Source: an uncultured Cytophagia bacterium
GTDB taxonomy: Bacteria > Zhuqueibacterota > Zhuqueibacteria > Residuimicrobiales > Residuimicrobiaceae
DNA: 64,000 nucleotides
Direction of reading: 5' to 3'
NCBI GenBank assembly: GCA_964436305.1
Contig: CAYTCI010000004.1
Span: 11,964-75,963, forward strand
The notes beneath the pieces were generated by a model, which worked only from the letters and a program-made list of their open reading frames with translations, was not told the DNA's origin and made no database searches. Position 1 is the stretch's first letter. Every line of letters starts with the position of its first letter. The position numbers and the translations under genes are program-made. Positions 27,789 through 37,898 of this stretch are shown here, in pieces.

Positions 27789-29349
27789 GATGAACCAATT
27801 TGCCGCCCTGATCCGCAAACACCAGCCGGAACTGGTCGAGCGCGCCATGGAAGCCCTGCTGATCTCCCCCTGGAGCAGCAGCCACCTCCTCGAAATCGAG
27901 GCCACCCGCCAGCTCTTCGCCGGCCTCCTCAACCATCTCGTCCTCGACATCCGCCTGAGCAAATCCCGCCAGCCCGGCCATCACCTCACCGACTATGCTC
28001 TGCAGCTGTATCAGAAAAGCCCCCACCTCCGCCAGGACCTCCACAGCCAGCTGCTCATCCTCGGGATCACGCGGCTGGTCGTCAACCACTTTCTCATCCT
28101 CAACAACGAAGCGCAACACGACCCGCAGTTCCCCGTGCGCTTCGAGACCCTGCAGCGCCTCTATGATCACACCCTGATCAACCTCAGCCACTTCTGGGGC
28201 GAAGCCTATCAGCAGCTCCACCAGCGCGACCAGACCCTGATCCGTGAGCTCAAGATCGTCAAGGACGGTCTGCAGCGCCAGCTCAACCTGACCTATCAGC
28301 TGCTGCAGCAGTCGCCCCTCGGGGTCATCGCCGTCGACAGCGAGTTGCTCGTCCAGCACTGGAATCCCATGGCCGCCAAGCTCACCGGCTACGAGCCACC
28401 GGACATCCTCGACCGTAACGTGATGACCCTCTTCACCGCAACCAGCCAGCAGATGCTGGCCAAAAAATTCGCTTCGCCTCGAGGTTACCACGCCAACCTC
28501 GAGGTTTACATCCAGCGCAAACAGGGCGCCATCTTCCCCGCCCTGCTTTCGCTCGGCCGGATCGCCGAAGGGCAGCAGCCGCGCTTTCGCTACGTCCTCA
28601 ACTTTCAGGATATCAGCGAGCGGGCGGCCTTCCAGTCGAGTGTGCAGCGCCTCAATCAGCTGAGCGCCCTCTCCCGCCTGAGCAGTGCCATCATGCATGA
28701 CATCCGCAATCCGCTCAACTCGATCGGCCTCAATACCGAACTCATCGAGCAGGCCCTCCAGTCCAGGCGCGAGGGGAGCGAGGCACGGATCGCCGACCTG
28801 ATCGAGGCAACCAAGCGGCAGCTGCTCCAGCTGCGCAGCAACCTCGATCAGTATCTGACCTACACCCATCTCTCCCATCTCAAGGTGGAGCCCTTCGACC
28901 TCGCGCGGGAGCTGGCGCTGCTGGTCCAGGAGAAGCGCCTGGAGGCCGCCTTCCAGTCGGCCTCACTGCACTATCGCAGCACCGAGACGGCCTCTCCGGT
29001 GATGGGGGACTGGATTCAGCTGCAGCGGGTCTTTATCAACCTGATCACCAACGCCATGGAGGCGACGGGCAGCGGCGGGATCATCCAGGTCCGGCTGATT
29101 CGCCGCGGCGGGCGCCTCTCAATCAGCGTCGCCGACAACGGCCCGGGTATCGAACCCGAGATCGAGCGCAGCCTCTTCACCCCCTTCTTCACCACCAAGA
29201 AGAGCGGCGCCGGCCTGGGTTTGTTCATCTGCCGTGAAATCGTTCTGGCCCATCACGGGCGCATCAAGGTTACCTCAACCCGCGGCAAAGGGACCCGTTT
29301 TACGGTCAGCCTGCCGCTCTACATCCATCCGGAGAAGGAGACGGCATGA
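27789..29349 (+). CDS. PAS-domain sensor histidine kinase (NtrB/AtoS-type)
   Basis: A GGAGGAG RBS precedes ATG 27789. The H-box is SAIMHDIRNPLNS. The HATPase_c domain reads ITNAMEATGSGGIIQVRLIRRGGRLSISVADNGPGI...GAGLGLFICREIV. Confidence 0.8.
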
Positions 29350-30704
29350 TCCCTGTCAAAATCCTGCTGGTCGATGACGAGGCCGACACCCTCCAGGCGC
29401 TCCAGCTGGGGCTGGAGGATGAGGCCTATACCATTCTCACCGCCGCCTCGCGCAACGAGGGTCTGCAGCGGATCAAGTCGGAGGAGCTGGATATTGTTAT
29501 CACCGATCTCAAGCTCAAGGACGGCTCGGGGCTGGATTTGCTGGAGTATCTCCAGGAGCAGCAGCCGCAGCTCCCGGTCATCATCATGACCGCCTACGGC
29601 TCGATCGAATCGACCAAGGTCGCGCTGCGCAGCGGTGCCTATGATTATCTGGCCAAGCCCTTCAGCCTCGCCGATCTCAAGCGGATCCTGGCCAAGCTGG
29701 TGGAGGTCATCACCCTGCGCAAGGAGAATGAGCGCCTGAAGCTGCTGCTCGGGCGCAGCGACGACACCCCGGTGATCATCAGCGGCAGCCCGGCTCTGAG
29801 GGCGATTCTCGAGCTGGTCGATCAGGTGGCCCCTTCCCGCAGCACCGTCCTGCTGACCGGCGAGACCGGCACAGGCAAGGAGGTGATCGCTGCGGCAATC
29901 CACCGCCAGAGTCCGCGCGCCGACAAGCCGCTGGTCAAGATCAACTGCGGCGCCATCCCGGAGAATCTGCTGGAGGCGGAACTCTTCGGCTATGAGCGCG
30001 GCGCCTTTACGGGGGCGGTGAAGCAAAAACCCGGCAAGGTGGAGCTGGCCAACCAGGGCTCGCTCTTTCTCGACGAGATCGGCGATCTGGCGCCGGCGAT
30101 GCAGGTCAAGCTGCTGCGCTTCCTCCAGAGCGGCGAATACGAACGGCTCGGGGGCACAAGCGCACTCAAGGCCGATGTCCGGATCATCGCCGCCACCAAC
30201 CGCAACCTCGAGGAGCAGGTCGCCAGGGAGCTCTTCCGCGAAGACCTTTATTACCGCCTCAATGTCATCACCATCACCCTGCCGCCGTTGCGGGACCGGG
30301 CTTCGGATATCAAGCCCCTGGCCTATTATTTCATGCAGAAATACAACGAGATCAACAGCAAGGCGATCGAAAAGATCGATGAGCAGGTGCTGGCGCAGAT
30401 GATGACCTATCCTTGGCGCGGCAATGTGCGCGAGCTGGAGAATATGATGGAGCGGGCGGTGGTGCTGGCCAAGGGCAATGAGCTCAAGATGAGCCATTTC
30501 CCCTCCCTGATCGCCGGGATGGCGGGGCTGGAGGTCTCGCTGGGGCCGCTGGCGGGCAGTTCGCTGGCCGAGATCGAGAAACGGGCCATCGAGCAGACCC
30601 TGCGCTATTGCAATTATGACAAACAGAAGAGCGCCATGCTCCTGCAGATCGGCCTGGCCACGCTGTACCGCAAGATCAAGGAGTACCAGATCGAGGAACT
30701 CTAG
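29346..30704 (+). CDS. Sigma-54-dependent Fis-family response regulator (NtrC-type)
   Basis: It has a receiver domain (KILLVDDE), an AAA+ Walker A motif (GETGTGKE), a GAFTGA motif (ERGAFTGAV) and a C-terminal Fis HTH. The ATG overlaps the kinase stop (ATGA). Confidence 0.9.
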   Translation: MIPVKILLVDDEADTLQALQLGLEDEAYTILTAASRNEGLQRIKSEELDIVITDLKLKDGSGLDLLEYLQEQQPQLPVIIMTAYGSIESTKVALRSGAYDYLAKPFSLADLKRILAKLVEVITLRKENERLKLLLGRSDDTPVIISGSPALRAILELVDQVAPSRSTVLLTGETGTGKEVIAAAIHRQSPRADKPLVKINCGAIPENLLEAELFGYERGAFTGAVKQKPGKVELANQGSLFLDEIGDLAPAMQVKLLRFLQSGEYERLGGTSALKADVRIIAATNRNLEEQVARELFREDLYYRLNVITITLPPLRDRASDIKPLAYYFMQKYNEINSKAIEKIDEQVLAQMMTYPWRGNVRELENMMERAVVLAKGNELKMSHFPSLIAGMAGLEVSLGPLAGSSLAEIEKRAIEQTLRYCNYDKQKSAMLLQIGLATLYRKIKEYQIEEL

Positions 30705-30730
30705 GGGATTATCATTTTAAGAAGCGGGTT

Positions 30731-30793
30731 TGCCGCGCCCCGGCGCAGATTCTCATAATGAGAATCATTTGCTGAAAAAGGGCGCGGCTTTTT
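30731..30793 (+). terminator. Terminator after the response-regulator gene, with an embedded 19-nt perfect palindrome
   Basis: The outer stem gccgcgccc (30731-30739) pairs with gggcgcggc (30779-30787) and is followed by a T6 run. The loop contains the perfect palindrome GATTCTCATAATGAGAATC (30747-30765). Confidence 0.5.
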
Positions 30794-30989
30794 TCATTCC
30801 GAAAAAAAGAGCCGGTTGCGGCAATCCATGACGCTTTATCTGGTACTCTAACTCTTTTATTATCATAGTCGTTATTCTGCCAGTTTTTTGGCATTGTTCT
30901 TGTTTAGTGCTTTTCTGCCAGATAGACGCTGGTGGAGGGCCCGCAGCGAGGGCTCCCGGCCTTTGAACTCCCGTTCAAGAGTAGAGACT

Positions 30990-31481
30990 ATGATCACCGT
31001 CCGCCCCATGGTGTCGCAAGATCGCGAAGTGCTGTACGAGGTACTGCAGAAGACCAGTGTCTTCAGCGTGCAAGCGATTAATCTCGCCATGGAGCTGGTC
31101 GATGCCTACCTGTTCAATGCCGGCCAGGAGGAGTACCGGGTCGCGGTCGGCGAAAATGAACAGGGTCAGGCGGTGGTCTTTTCCTGCTACGGGCCGGTTG
31201 CCGGCACCGAAGGCACCTGGCGACTCCATTTTCTGGTCGTCACCCCGGCGCATCAGCACCATGGGATCGGCACCGAGATGCTGGCCTGGCTTGAACTCCG
31301 CATGCAGCAAGCCGGTGCACGCCTGGTGGTCATCGAGATCACCTCGGAGGCGAGCCATGCCGCCTTCACCCGCTTTTTCGCCGAGCAGGGATACAAGCAG
31401 GCCGGCCGCATCCGCAACTATTTCCGCAGCGGCGAAGACATGCTCTTCTATATCAAGCATCTTCAGCCTGCCGCCCTCTGA
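30990..31481 (+). CDS. GNAT-family N-acetyltransferase
   Basis: A GNAT motif is present (LHFLVVTPAHQHHGIGTEMLAWLE). The start is ATG 30990 (MITVRP). Confidence 0.75.
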   Translation: MITVRPMVSQDREVLYEVLQKTSVFSVQAINLAMELVDAYLFNAGQEEYRVAVGENEQGQAVVFSCYGPVAGTEGTWRLHFLVVTPAHQHHGIGTEMLAWLELRMQQAGARLVVIEITSEASHAAFTRFFAEQGYKQAGRIRNYFRSGEDMLFYIKHLQPAAL

Positions 31482-31569
31482 CCGCTGCGCCCCGCTGCTT
31501 CCTCCCTCGCGGCCTTACCCCGCCTTTTTGCCGCTTGACTTTTATCCGGGATTTTTTTAAGTTAATTTA

Positions 31570-32733
31570 TTGTTTTCCAAGCATCGGCATCTACCCGCCC
31601 GAGCGGTTCGCATCATCTCATTTATTGCCAACGAGGAACGAGTGGCTACTCTTTTTGGTCGTTCTTATTCGCGCCAGGACCTGCTGCGCCATGTCGGCGA
31701 CATCGCCCAGATCGCCTCGGTCCGTCCTGTGGAACTGGTGAACGGCGCCGAGCGCGGGATCCGCGCCCTGGAATTCAGGACCGGTTCAGGGCTTGGTTTC
31801 ACGGTGCTGCAGGACCGGGCGATGGATATTTATGACGCCACCTTCAACGGCATGCCCCTGCATTGGCAGGCTCCGGCCGGACCGGTCGCGCCCGCTTTCT
31901 TCGATCCGCACGATATCGGCTGGCTCTATGCGATGGGCGGCGGCCTGCTCGCCACCTGCGGCCTCACCCATGCCGGCCCTCCGGAGGTCGATGAGGAGAT
32001 CGAAGAGGAACTCGGCATGAACGGTCGCATCGGCAACCTGCCAGCCCGGAATGTCGGCTTTGGTGCCGAATGGGACGGCGACGAATATCTGCTCTGGGCC
32101 ACCGGCGAGGTTCGCGAATCCAGCCTCTACGGTCCGAATCTGCTCCTCCGCCGCAGCCTGCACAGCCGGATCGGCCAATCCCGGATCTGGATCAAGGATG
32201 TGGTGGTGAATGAGGGCTTCGAGCCCGCGCCGCTGATGTTCCTCTACCACTGCAACGCCGGTTTTCCGCTGGTGGCCGCCGGCAGTGAGCTGCGCGCGGT
32301 CATCGACAACGTCGAGCCTCGCGATGAGCTCTCCGCAGCCGGCACGGAAAACTTTGACCAGTGTGAGGCGCCCACCGCCCAGGCTGCCGAACAGCTCTTC
32401 TACCTCGACCATAATGCGGACGCCCGCGGAGCGGTCAATCTCGCCCTGATCAATCCCGCCTTCAACGGCGGCCAGGGCATCGGACTCTACCTCAGCTACC
32501 CCAAGGCCGAGCTTCCCTACTACACCCACTGGAAAATGTCCGGCGAAGGCACCTATGTCATCGGCATGCAGCCCGGCAACTGCCTGCCGGAAGGACGCAG
32601 CAACGCCCGGCAAAGCGGCCGTCTCAAGTTTCTCGAGCCGGGCGCCAGCGCCACCTTCCATCTCGAAATCGGCGTGCTCGCCACGCCCCAGGATCGTGCC
32701 GAATTCGAGGCGCGGCTGCAGTCCGCCGAATAG
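31570..32733 (+). CDS. DUF4432-like protein (aldose-1-epimerase-like fold predicted)
   Basis: The product is 387 aa and weakly resembles the DUF4432 family. The start is uncertain: TTG 31570, or GTG 31642, which has a gaggaacga RBS. Confidence 0.5.
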   Translation: MFSKHRHLPARAVRIISFIANEERVATLFGRSYSRQDLLRHVGDIAQIASVRPVELVNGAERGIRALEFRTGSGLGFTVLQDRAMDIYDATFNGMPLHWQAPAGPVAPAFFDPHDIGWLYAMGGGLLATCGLTHAGPPEVDEEIEEELGMNGRIGNLPARNVGFGAEWDGDEYLLWATGEVRESSLYGPNLLLRRSLHSRIGQSRIWIKDVVVNEGFEPAPLMFLYHCNAGFPLVAAGSELRAVIDNVEPRDELSAAGTENFDQCEAPTAQAAEQLFYLDHNADARGAVNLALINPAFNGGQGIGLYLSYPKAELPYYTHWKMSGEGTYVIGMQPGNCLPEGRSNARQSGRLKFLEPGASATFHLEIGVLATPQDRAEFEARLQSAE

Positions 32734-32905
32734 AACCGGCTGCCCCCGCCTCTCCGCTCCCTTGCATGCCGAAAAATTCAGCGAAACGGAGCGTTTATCC
32801 CTCCGACCGCGTGAAGTATGCAACATTTTCTGATTTACGGTGTTAAATCCTGAGAAGCATCGTATCCAGACACCTCGTTGTTTCATCCTTGATCCAGGAG
32901 TCTTT

Positions 32906-35900
32906 ATGAAACGTATCCTGCCAGCCCTTTGCCTGGGGCTGATCTTTCTGAGCAGCGTTGCCAGCGCGCAATATTTCGGCAAAAACAAGGTGCAATACAC
33001 CAACTTTAACTGGCAGTATGTACAGTCCGAGCACTTTAACGTCTACTTCACCGAGGGCGGCGACAAGATCGCCACCTTTGTCCTGGAAACCGCCGAAGAC
33101 GCTTACCGGCAGCTCCAGCACTCCTTCCGCTATCAGCTGACGGACCGTATCAAGATCATCCTTCACAACAGTCACAACGATTTTGAGCAAACCAATGTCG
33201 ATCTCTCCGAGCCGGAGGAATCGGTCGGCGGATTCACCGAATTCTTCAAGAACCGGGTGGTCATCCCCTACGACGGTGAATGGGAGGCCTTCCGCCATGT
33301 CATCCATCACGAACTGACCCATGCGGTCATGCTGCAGATGCTCTATGGCTCGGGCGCCCAGTCGATCATCACCGGCATCACCCAGATGCAGGTGCCGCTC
33401 TGGTTCATCGAGGGACTGGCCGAATACGAAAGCCGCGGCTGGGATATTGAGAGCGACATGTTCATGCGCGACGCGACCGTCAACGGCTATGTACCCGAAA
33501 TCCCCTATCTCAATGCGTTTCTCGCCTACAAGGGCGGGCAGTCGGTCTGGAATTACATGGTCGAGCGCTACGGCCAGGAAAAGGTCGGCGAAATCCTCGG
33601 CAAGGTGAAGGTCAACAAGAACTTCGACCGCGGTATGCAGCAGGCCATCGGCCTCAAGATGGAGGACCTGACCAAGCGCTGGCACCGCTATCTCAAGCGC
33701 AAATATTGGCCCGATGTCGAGAACCGCAGCGAGCCCGAGGAGATCGCCACCCGCTTGACCGACCACCGCAAGGATGGCAGCTTTGTCAACACGAGTCCGG
33801 CCCTGAGCAACCACGGCGACAAGCTCGTCTACAAATCGGACAAGAGCGACTATTTTGACCTCTATCTGATGAGCGCCATCGATGGCCGGGTGCTGAAACG
33901 CCTGGTCAAGGGCCAACGCGCCGGCAACCTCGAGGAGCTGCAATGGCTCAAGGGACCCGGCATGAGCTGGAGCCCCGATGACAAAAAGATCGTCTTCACC
34001 GCCGGCGCCGGGGGCCGCGACGCCATCCATATCGTCAATGTGAAAAAGGGCAAGATCGAAAAAAGCATCAAGCTCGATCTCGATGGCGTCTTCAATCCCA
34101 GCTGGAGCCCCAATGGCGACGAGATCGCCTTCACCGGCCTGAAGAACGGCCAGAGCGATATCTATCTCTACAATCTGCAAAGCCGGGCCCTGCGCAATCT
34201 CACCCGGGACCCCTTCAGCGATATCGAACCGAGCTGGGCGCCGGATGGCAAGACCCTGCTCTTCTCCAGTGACCGTGGCGACCGCGCCGCCGCTACCCTG
34301 CCGGCCACTTTCAACCCCCGCGACCTCGAGATGAAGAACTATGACATCTACGAGATCACCGTCGCCGACGGCGCCGTCCGGCGCATCGTCGAGAGCGCCT
34401 TCAGCGAACGCGTGCCGGTCTTCGCTCCCGATGGCAAGACCATCGCCTTCTCCAGCGACCGCCAGGGGGTGAGCAACATCTGGCTGAAAAATCTCGAGAG
34501 CGGCGAAGAATGGCCCGTCACCAACGTCCTCACCGGCGCCTTCCAGCCCTCCTGGGGCGGCAGCGCCGACCGGCTGGTCTTCACCTCCTTCTATTTCGCC
34601 GGTTATGACCTCTACCTGCTCAAGAATCCCCTGGATATCAAGCCCGGCAGCATCACCGTGCCGGAGACCAAGTTCGTCGAGCAGAAGCGCAAGGGCATAC
34701 GCGAAACCTTCGATGAGGAGGAATCCCTGGCGATGAAACCGGGGCTCTCCCCCATGCAGACCGAGGAGACCCGGCAGTACCGCGACTTTGTCTTCGACAA
34801 CAAGTTCGCCGAGGGGGATCTGGTCTCCCAGGTCAACAAGCGCAAGATCTTTCTCGACTCAACCGACTACAAGATGCCCACCGGCCAGTACAAGATCAAC
34901 AAGTACAAGGTCGAGCTGACGCCCGACCTCATCTACGGCGGCGTGGGCTACAGCCAGTTCTACGGCACCCAGGGGATGACCACGATCATGCTCTCGGACG
35001 TTCTGGGCAACCATCGCCTCGATATCGGCCTGGGCCTCTATGGTGATTTCCGCAACGCCGATTACGCCCTCACCTACTATTACCTGCCGCACCAACTCGA
35101 CATCGGCGCCGGCCTCTATCACAACGCCTATTATTACTACTCCGATTATACCGGCTATGTCCGTGACCGCAACTACGGCCTGAGCCTGTTGCTGAGCAAT
35201 CCCTTCAACCGTTACGAGCGGCTCAGCTACGGTGTGACCGCCATGGGCATCAACCGGACCTACATGGAGATTCCCGACGATATCACCGACCAGCTGATCA
35301 AGCTCGGTTATCTCTCGCCGCGTGACCGCTTTTTCCTGATGAACAATCTGACCTATACGCGCGACACCAGTGTCTGGGGCTACACCGGGCCGACCAACGG
35401 CACTGGCATGTCGTTCGGCGTCACCTACAGCCCGGGCCTGGGCAAGAACGGCATCGATTTCGCGACGGTCCGGCTGGATTATCGCCGTTACACGCGGCTG
35501 ATGCGCAATTACACCTTTGCCACGCGTCTGGCCACCGGATTCAGCGAGGGGCGCAACAAGCAAAAATTCTTCCTCGGCGGCCTGCCCAATTGGCTCAACT
35601 ATGGCTTTTTCAACGGCATTCGCGTCGAGCACATCGAGGATATCTATTTCGCCTCCTTCGAAATGCCGATGCGCGGCGCGGACTATTACACCCTCGAGGG
35701 CAACCGTTTCGCCCTGGCCAACCTCGAATTCCGCTTCCCGCTGATCCATCAGGCGATCATCGGCTTCCCTCTGCCCATTGCCCTCGGCAACATCGGCGGC
35801 GCCCTCTTCACCGATATGGGCATGGCCTGGGACAAGGGGGAATCGATCAAGCCGTTTGTCAAGGCGCCCAATGGTCTTTTCAAGACCAAGGATATGTTCG

Positions 35901-36031
35901 CCAGCATCGGCTTCGGGGTTCGCATGAATATCGGCTTTGCCCTGCTGCGTTACGATCTGGCCTGGCCGACCAATTTCTACAACACCTCGAAATCGCCGCA
36001 GGCCCTTTGGTCGCTCGGCGCCGATTTTTAG
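32906..36031 (+). CDS. Omp85-type beta-barrel protein with N-terminal HExxH metallopeptidase-like domain and TolB/PD40 beta-propeller (paralog 1)
   Basis: An AGGAG RBS precedes ATG 32906. The signal peptide is MKRILPALCLGLIFLSSVASA. The N-terminal domain carries HHELTHAV...WFIEGLAEYES (HExxH plus downstream Glu). Multiple PD40 repeats follow (SWSPDDKKIVFTA, PSWSPNGDEIAFTG, PSWAPDGKTLLFSSDRGD, FAPDGKTIAFSSDRQG). The C-terminus has Omp85 barrel motifs (FFLGG...MRGADYYT, EFRFPL, GALFTDMGMAW, GFGVRMNIGFALLRYDLAWP) and ends ...GADF. Confidence 0.75.
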   Translation: MKRILPALCLGLIFLSSVASAQYFGKNKVQYTNFNWQYVQSEHFNVYFTEGGDKIATFVLETAEDAYRQLQHSFRYQLTDRIKIILHNSHNDFEQTNVDLSEPEESVGGFTEFFKNRVVIPYDGEWEAFRHVIHHELTHAVMLQMLYGSGAQSIITGITQMQVPLWFIEGLAEYESRGWDIESDMFMRDATVNGYVPEIPYLNAFLAYKGGQSVWNYMVERYGQEKVGEILGKVKVNKNFDRGMQQAIGLKMEDLTKRWHRYLKRKYWPDVENRSEPEEIATRLTDHRKDGSFVNTSPALSNHGDKLVYKSDKSDYFDLYLMSAIDGRVLKRLVKGQRAGNLEELQWLKGPGMSWSPDDKKIVFTAGAGGRDAIHIVNVKKGKIEKSIKLDLDGVFNPSWSPNGDEIAFTGLKNGQSDIYLYNLQSRALRNLTRDPFSDIEPSWAPDGKTLLFSSDRGDRAAATLPATFNPRDLEMKNYDIYEITVADGAVRRIVESAFSERVPVFAPDGKTIAFSSDRQGVSNIWLKNLESGEEWPVTNVLTGAFQPSWGGSADRLVFTSFYFAGYDLYLLKNPLDIKPGSITVPETKFVEQKRKGIRETFDEEESLAMKPGLSPMQTEETRQYRDFVFDNKFAEGDLVSQVNKRKIFLDSTDYKMPTGQYKINKYKVELTPDLIYGGVGYSQFYGTQGMTTIMLSDVLGNHRLDIGLGLYGDFRNADYALTYYYLPHQLDIGAGLYHNAYYYYSDYTGYVRDRNYGLSLLLSNPFNRYERLSYGVTAMGINRTYMEIPDDITDQLIKLGYLSPRDRFFLMNNLTYTRDTSVWGYTGPTNGTGMSFGVTYSPGLGKNGIDFATVRLDYRRYTRLMRNYTFATRLATGFSEGRNKQKFFLGGLPNWLNYGFFNGIRVEHIEDIYFASFEMPMRGADYYTLEGNRFALANLEFRFPLIHQAIIGFPLPIALGNIGGALFTDMGMAWDKGESIKPFVKAPNGLFKTKDMFASIGFGVRMNIGFALLRYDLAWPTNFYNTSKSPQALWSLGADF

Positions 36032-36033
36032 GA

Positions 36034-37886
36034 TGGAGCCGAGCGTGCCACTGGAACCCTTTCGTGACCGGCTCGACAAGGCCATCCTGGTGTGTGATGG
36101 CGCCATGGGGACCATGCTCTACCGGCGGGGCATCTCGATCAGCCGCTGTTTCGAGGAGCTGAATCTCACCACGCCCGAGCTGGTACTCGATCTGCATCGG
36201 GCCTATGCGGCGGCGCGGGCGGATCTGCTCGAAACCAACACCTACGGCGCCAACCGGCTCAAGCTCAAGGCCTACGGTCTCGAGGAGCAGACGGCGGCCA
36301 TCAATCGTCGCGGCGTGGAGCTGGCGCGTCAGGCTGCCGGCGATGGGCTCTATGTGGCGGGCTCGATCGGGCCGAGCGGGGTCAAGGGGCCCCGGCTCGG
36401 CACCCGCAGCAGCACGGAACTGCAGGCGCTCTTTGCCGAACAGGCGGAGGCGCTGACCGGCGCCGGCGTCGACCTCTTCATCCTCGAGACCTTTCAGGAT
36501 CTCGAGGAGATCGTACTGGCGGTGCGGGCGGTGCGCGCGATCAGCGCCCTGCCGGTGATCGCACAGATGACCTATGATGAGGAGGGCAAGACCACCCTCG
36601 GCGTTGAGCCCGAGACCGTGGTCGAGCGTCTGCTCGCCGAGGGGGCCGATGTGATCGGTGCCAATTGTTCGGTGGGGCCGCAGGCGATGCTTGAGGTCAT
36701 CCGCCGCCTGGCGCGGGCGGGAGCGCCTTTCATCTCCGCGCAGCCGAATGCCGGCCTGCCGCGGCTCTTCGAGGGCCGGCTGCTTTACATGTCCACCCCC
36801 GAGTATCATGCTGAATTCGCCCGCCGGTTCATCACCGCCGGGGCCCATATCGTCGGCGGCTGCTGCGGGACGACCCCCGAGCACATCCGGGCCATCGCCG
36901 GAGCGGTGCGCGCCCTGCAGCCGCGCCGCGAGGCGGCCGCGGTGGCGGTCAGGGCGGAACGAGAGATCACCGTGCAGCCGGTGCCACGCCCCGAGAAATC
37001 AGCCCTGGCGGCGCGACTCGGCCGCAAGTTCGTCGTCTCCGTCGAGGTCCTCAGTCCGCGCGGCACCGATGTCAGCGCGGTGCTGGCCGGAGTGCGCAAG
37101 CTCTCCGGCTTCGGCATCGACGCGGTCAACATCCCGGACGGTCCGCGCGCCTCTTCACGGATGGCCCCGAGCGCCCTGGCGCAGCTGATCGAACGCTCCC
37201 TCCCGATCGAGACCATCCTGCATTACTGCTGCCGCGACCGCAATCTGCTCGGCATGCAATCCGACCTGCTGGGACACCATGCCCTCGGACTGCGCAATAT
37301 CCTCATCATCACCGGGGATCCGCCCAAGCTCGGCGACTATCCCACCGCGACCGCGGTCTTTGACGTCGATTCGATCGGGCTGACGCGGATGGTGCACGGC
37401 CTCAATCAGGGCTTCGATCTCGCCGGCAATCCGATCGGTGCGCCAACCGCCTGGCACATCGGTGTGGGGGCCAATTCCGGAGCGCTGGACCTCGATCTGG
37501 AGGTGGCCCGGCTCGAACAGAAAGCGGCCGCCGGCGCCGAATACATCCTCACCCAGCCGGTCTTCGATCCACAGCAGCTGGAAGCCTTTTTCCGGCGGAT
37601 CGAATCGCTCCGCCTCCCGGTCCTGGCCGGCGTCATGCCGCTGGTCAGCTACCGTACGGTTGAGTACCTCAACAACGAGGTCCCGGGCGTGGTCGTGCCC
37701 GAGGCAATCGCCCGCCGCTTCGCAGCGGCCAGCGACAGCACGGCAGCCAAAAAGACCGGCATCGAGATCGCCCAGACCGGCATCCGGGAACTGCGCCAGT
37801 TCAGCCAGGTCAAGGGGCTCTACCTGATGCCGCCCTTCACCAAAGACAAGTACGATATCGCCATTGAAATTTTACAGGTGCTATAA
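36034..37886 (+). CDS. Bifunctional homocysteine S-methyltransferase / 5,10-methylenetetrahydrofolate reductase (YitJ-type fusion)
   Basis: The N-terminal Hcy-binding domain (ILVCDGAMGTMLY...TNTYGAN...GCCGTTPEHI) is fused to a C-terminal MTHFR domain. The start is ATG 36034, or GTG 36046, which has a better RBS. Confidence 0.8.
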
Positions 37887-37898
37887 CAGGATCACGCC

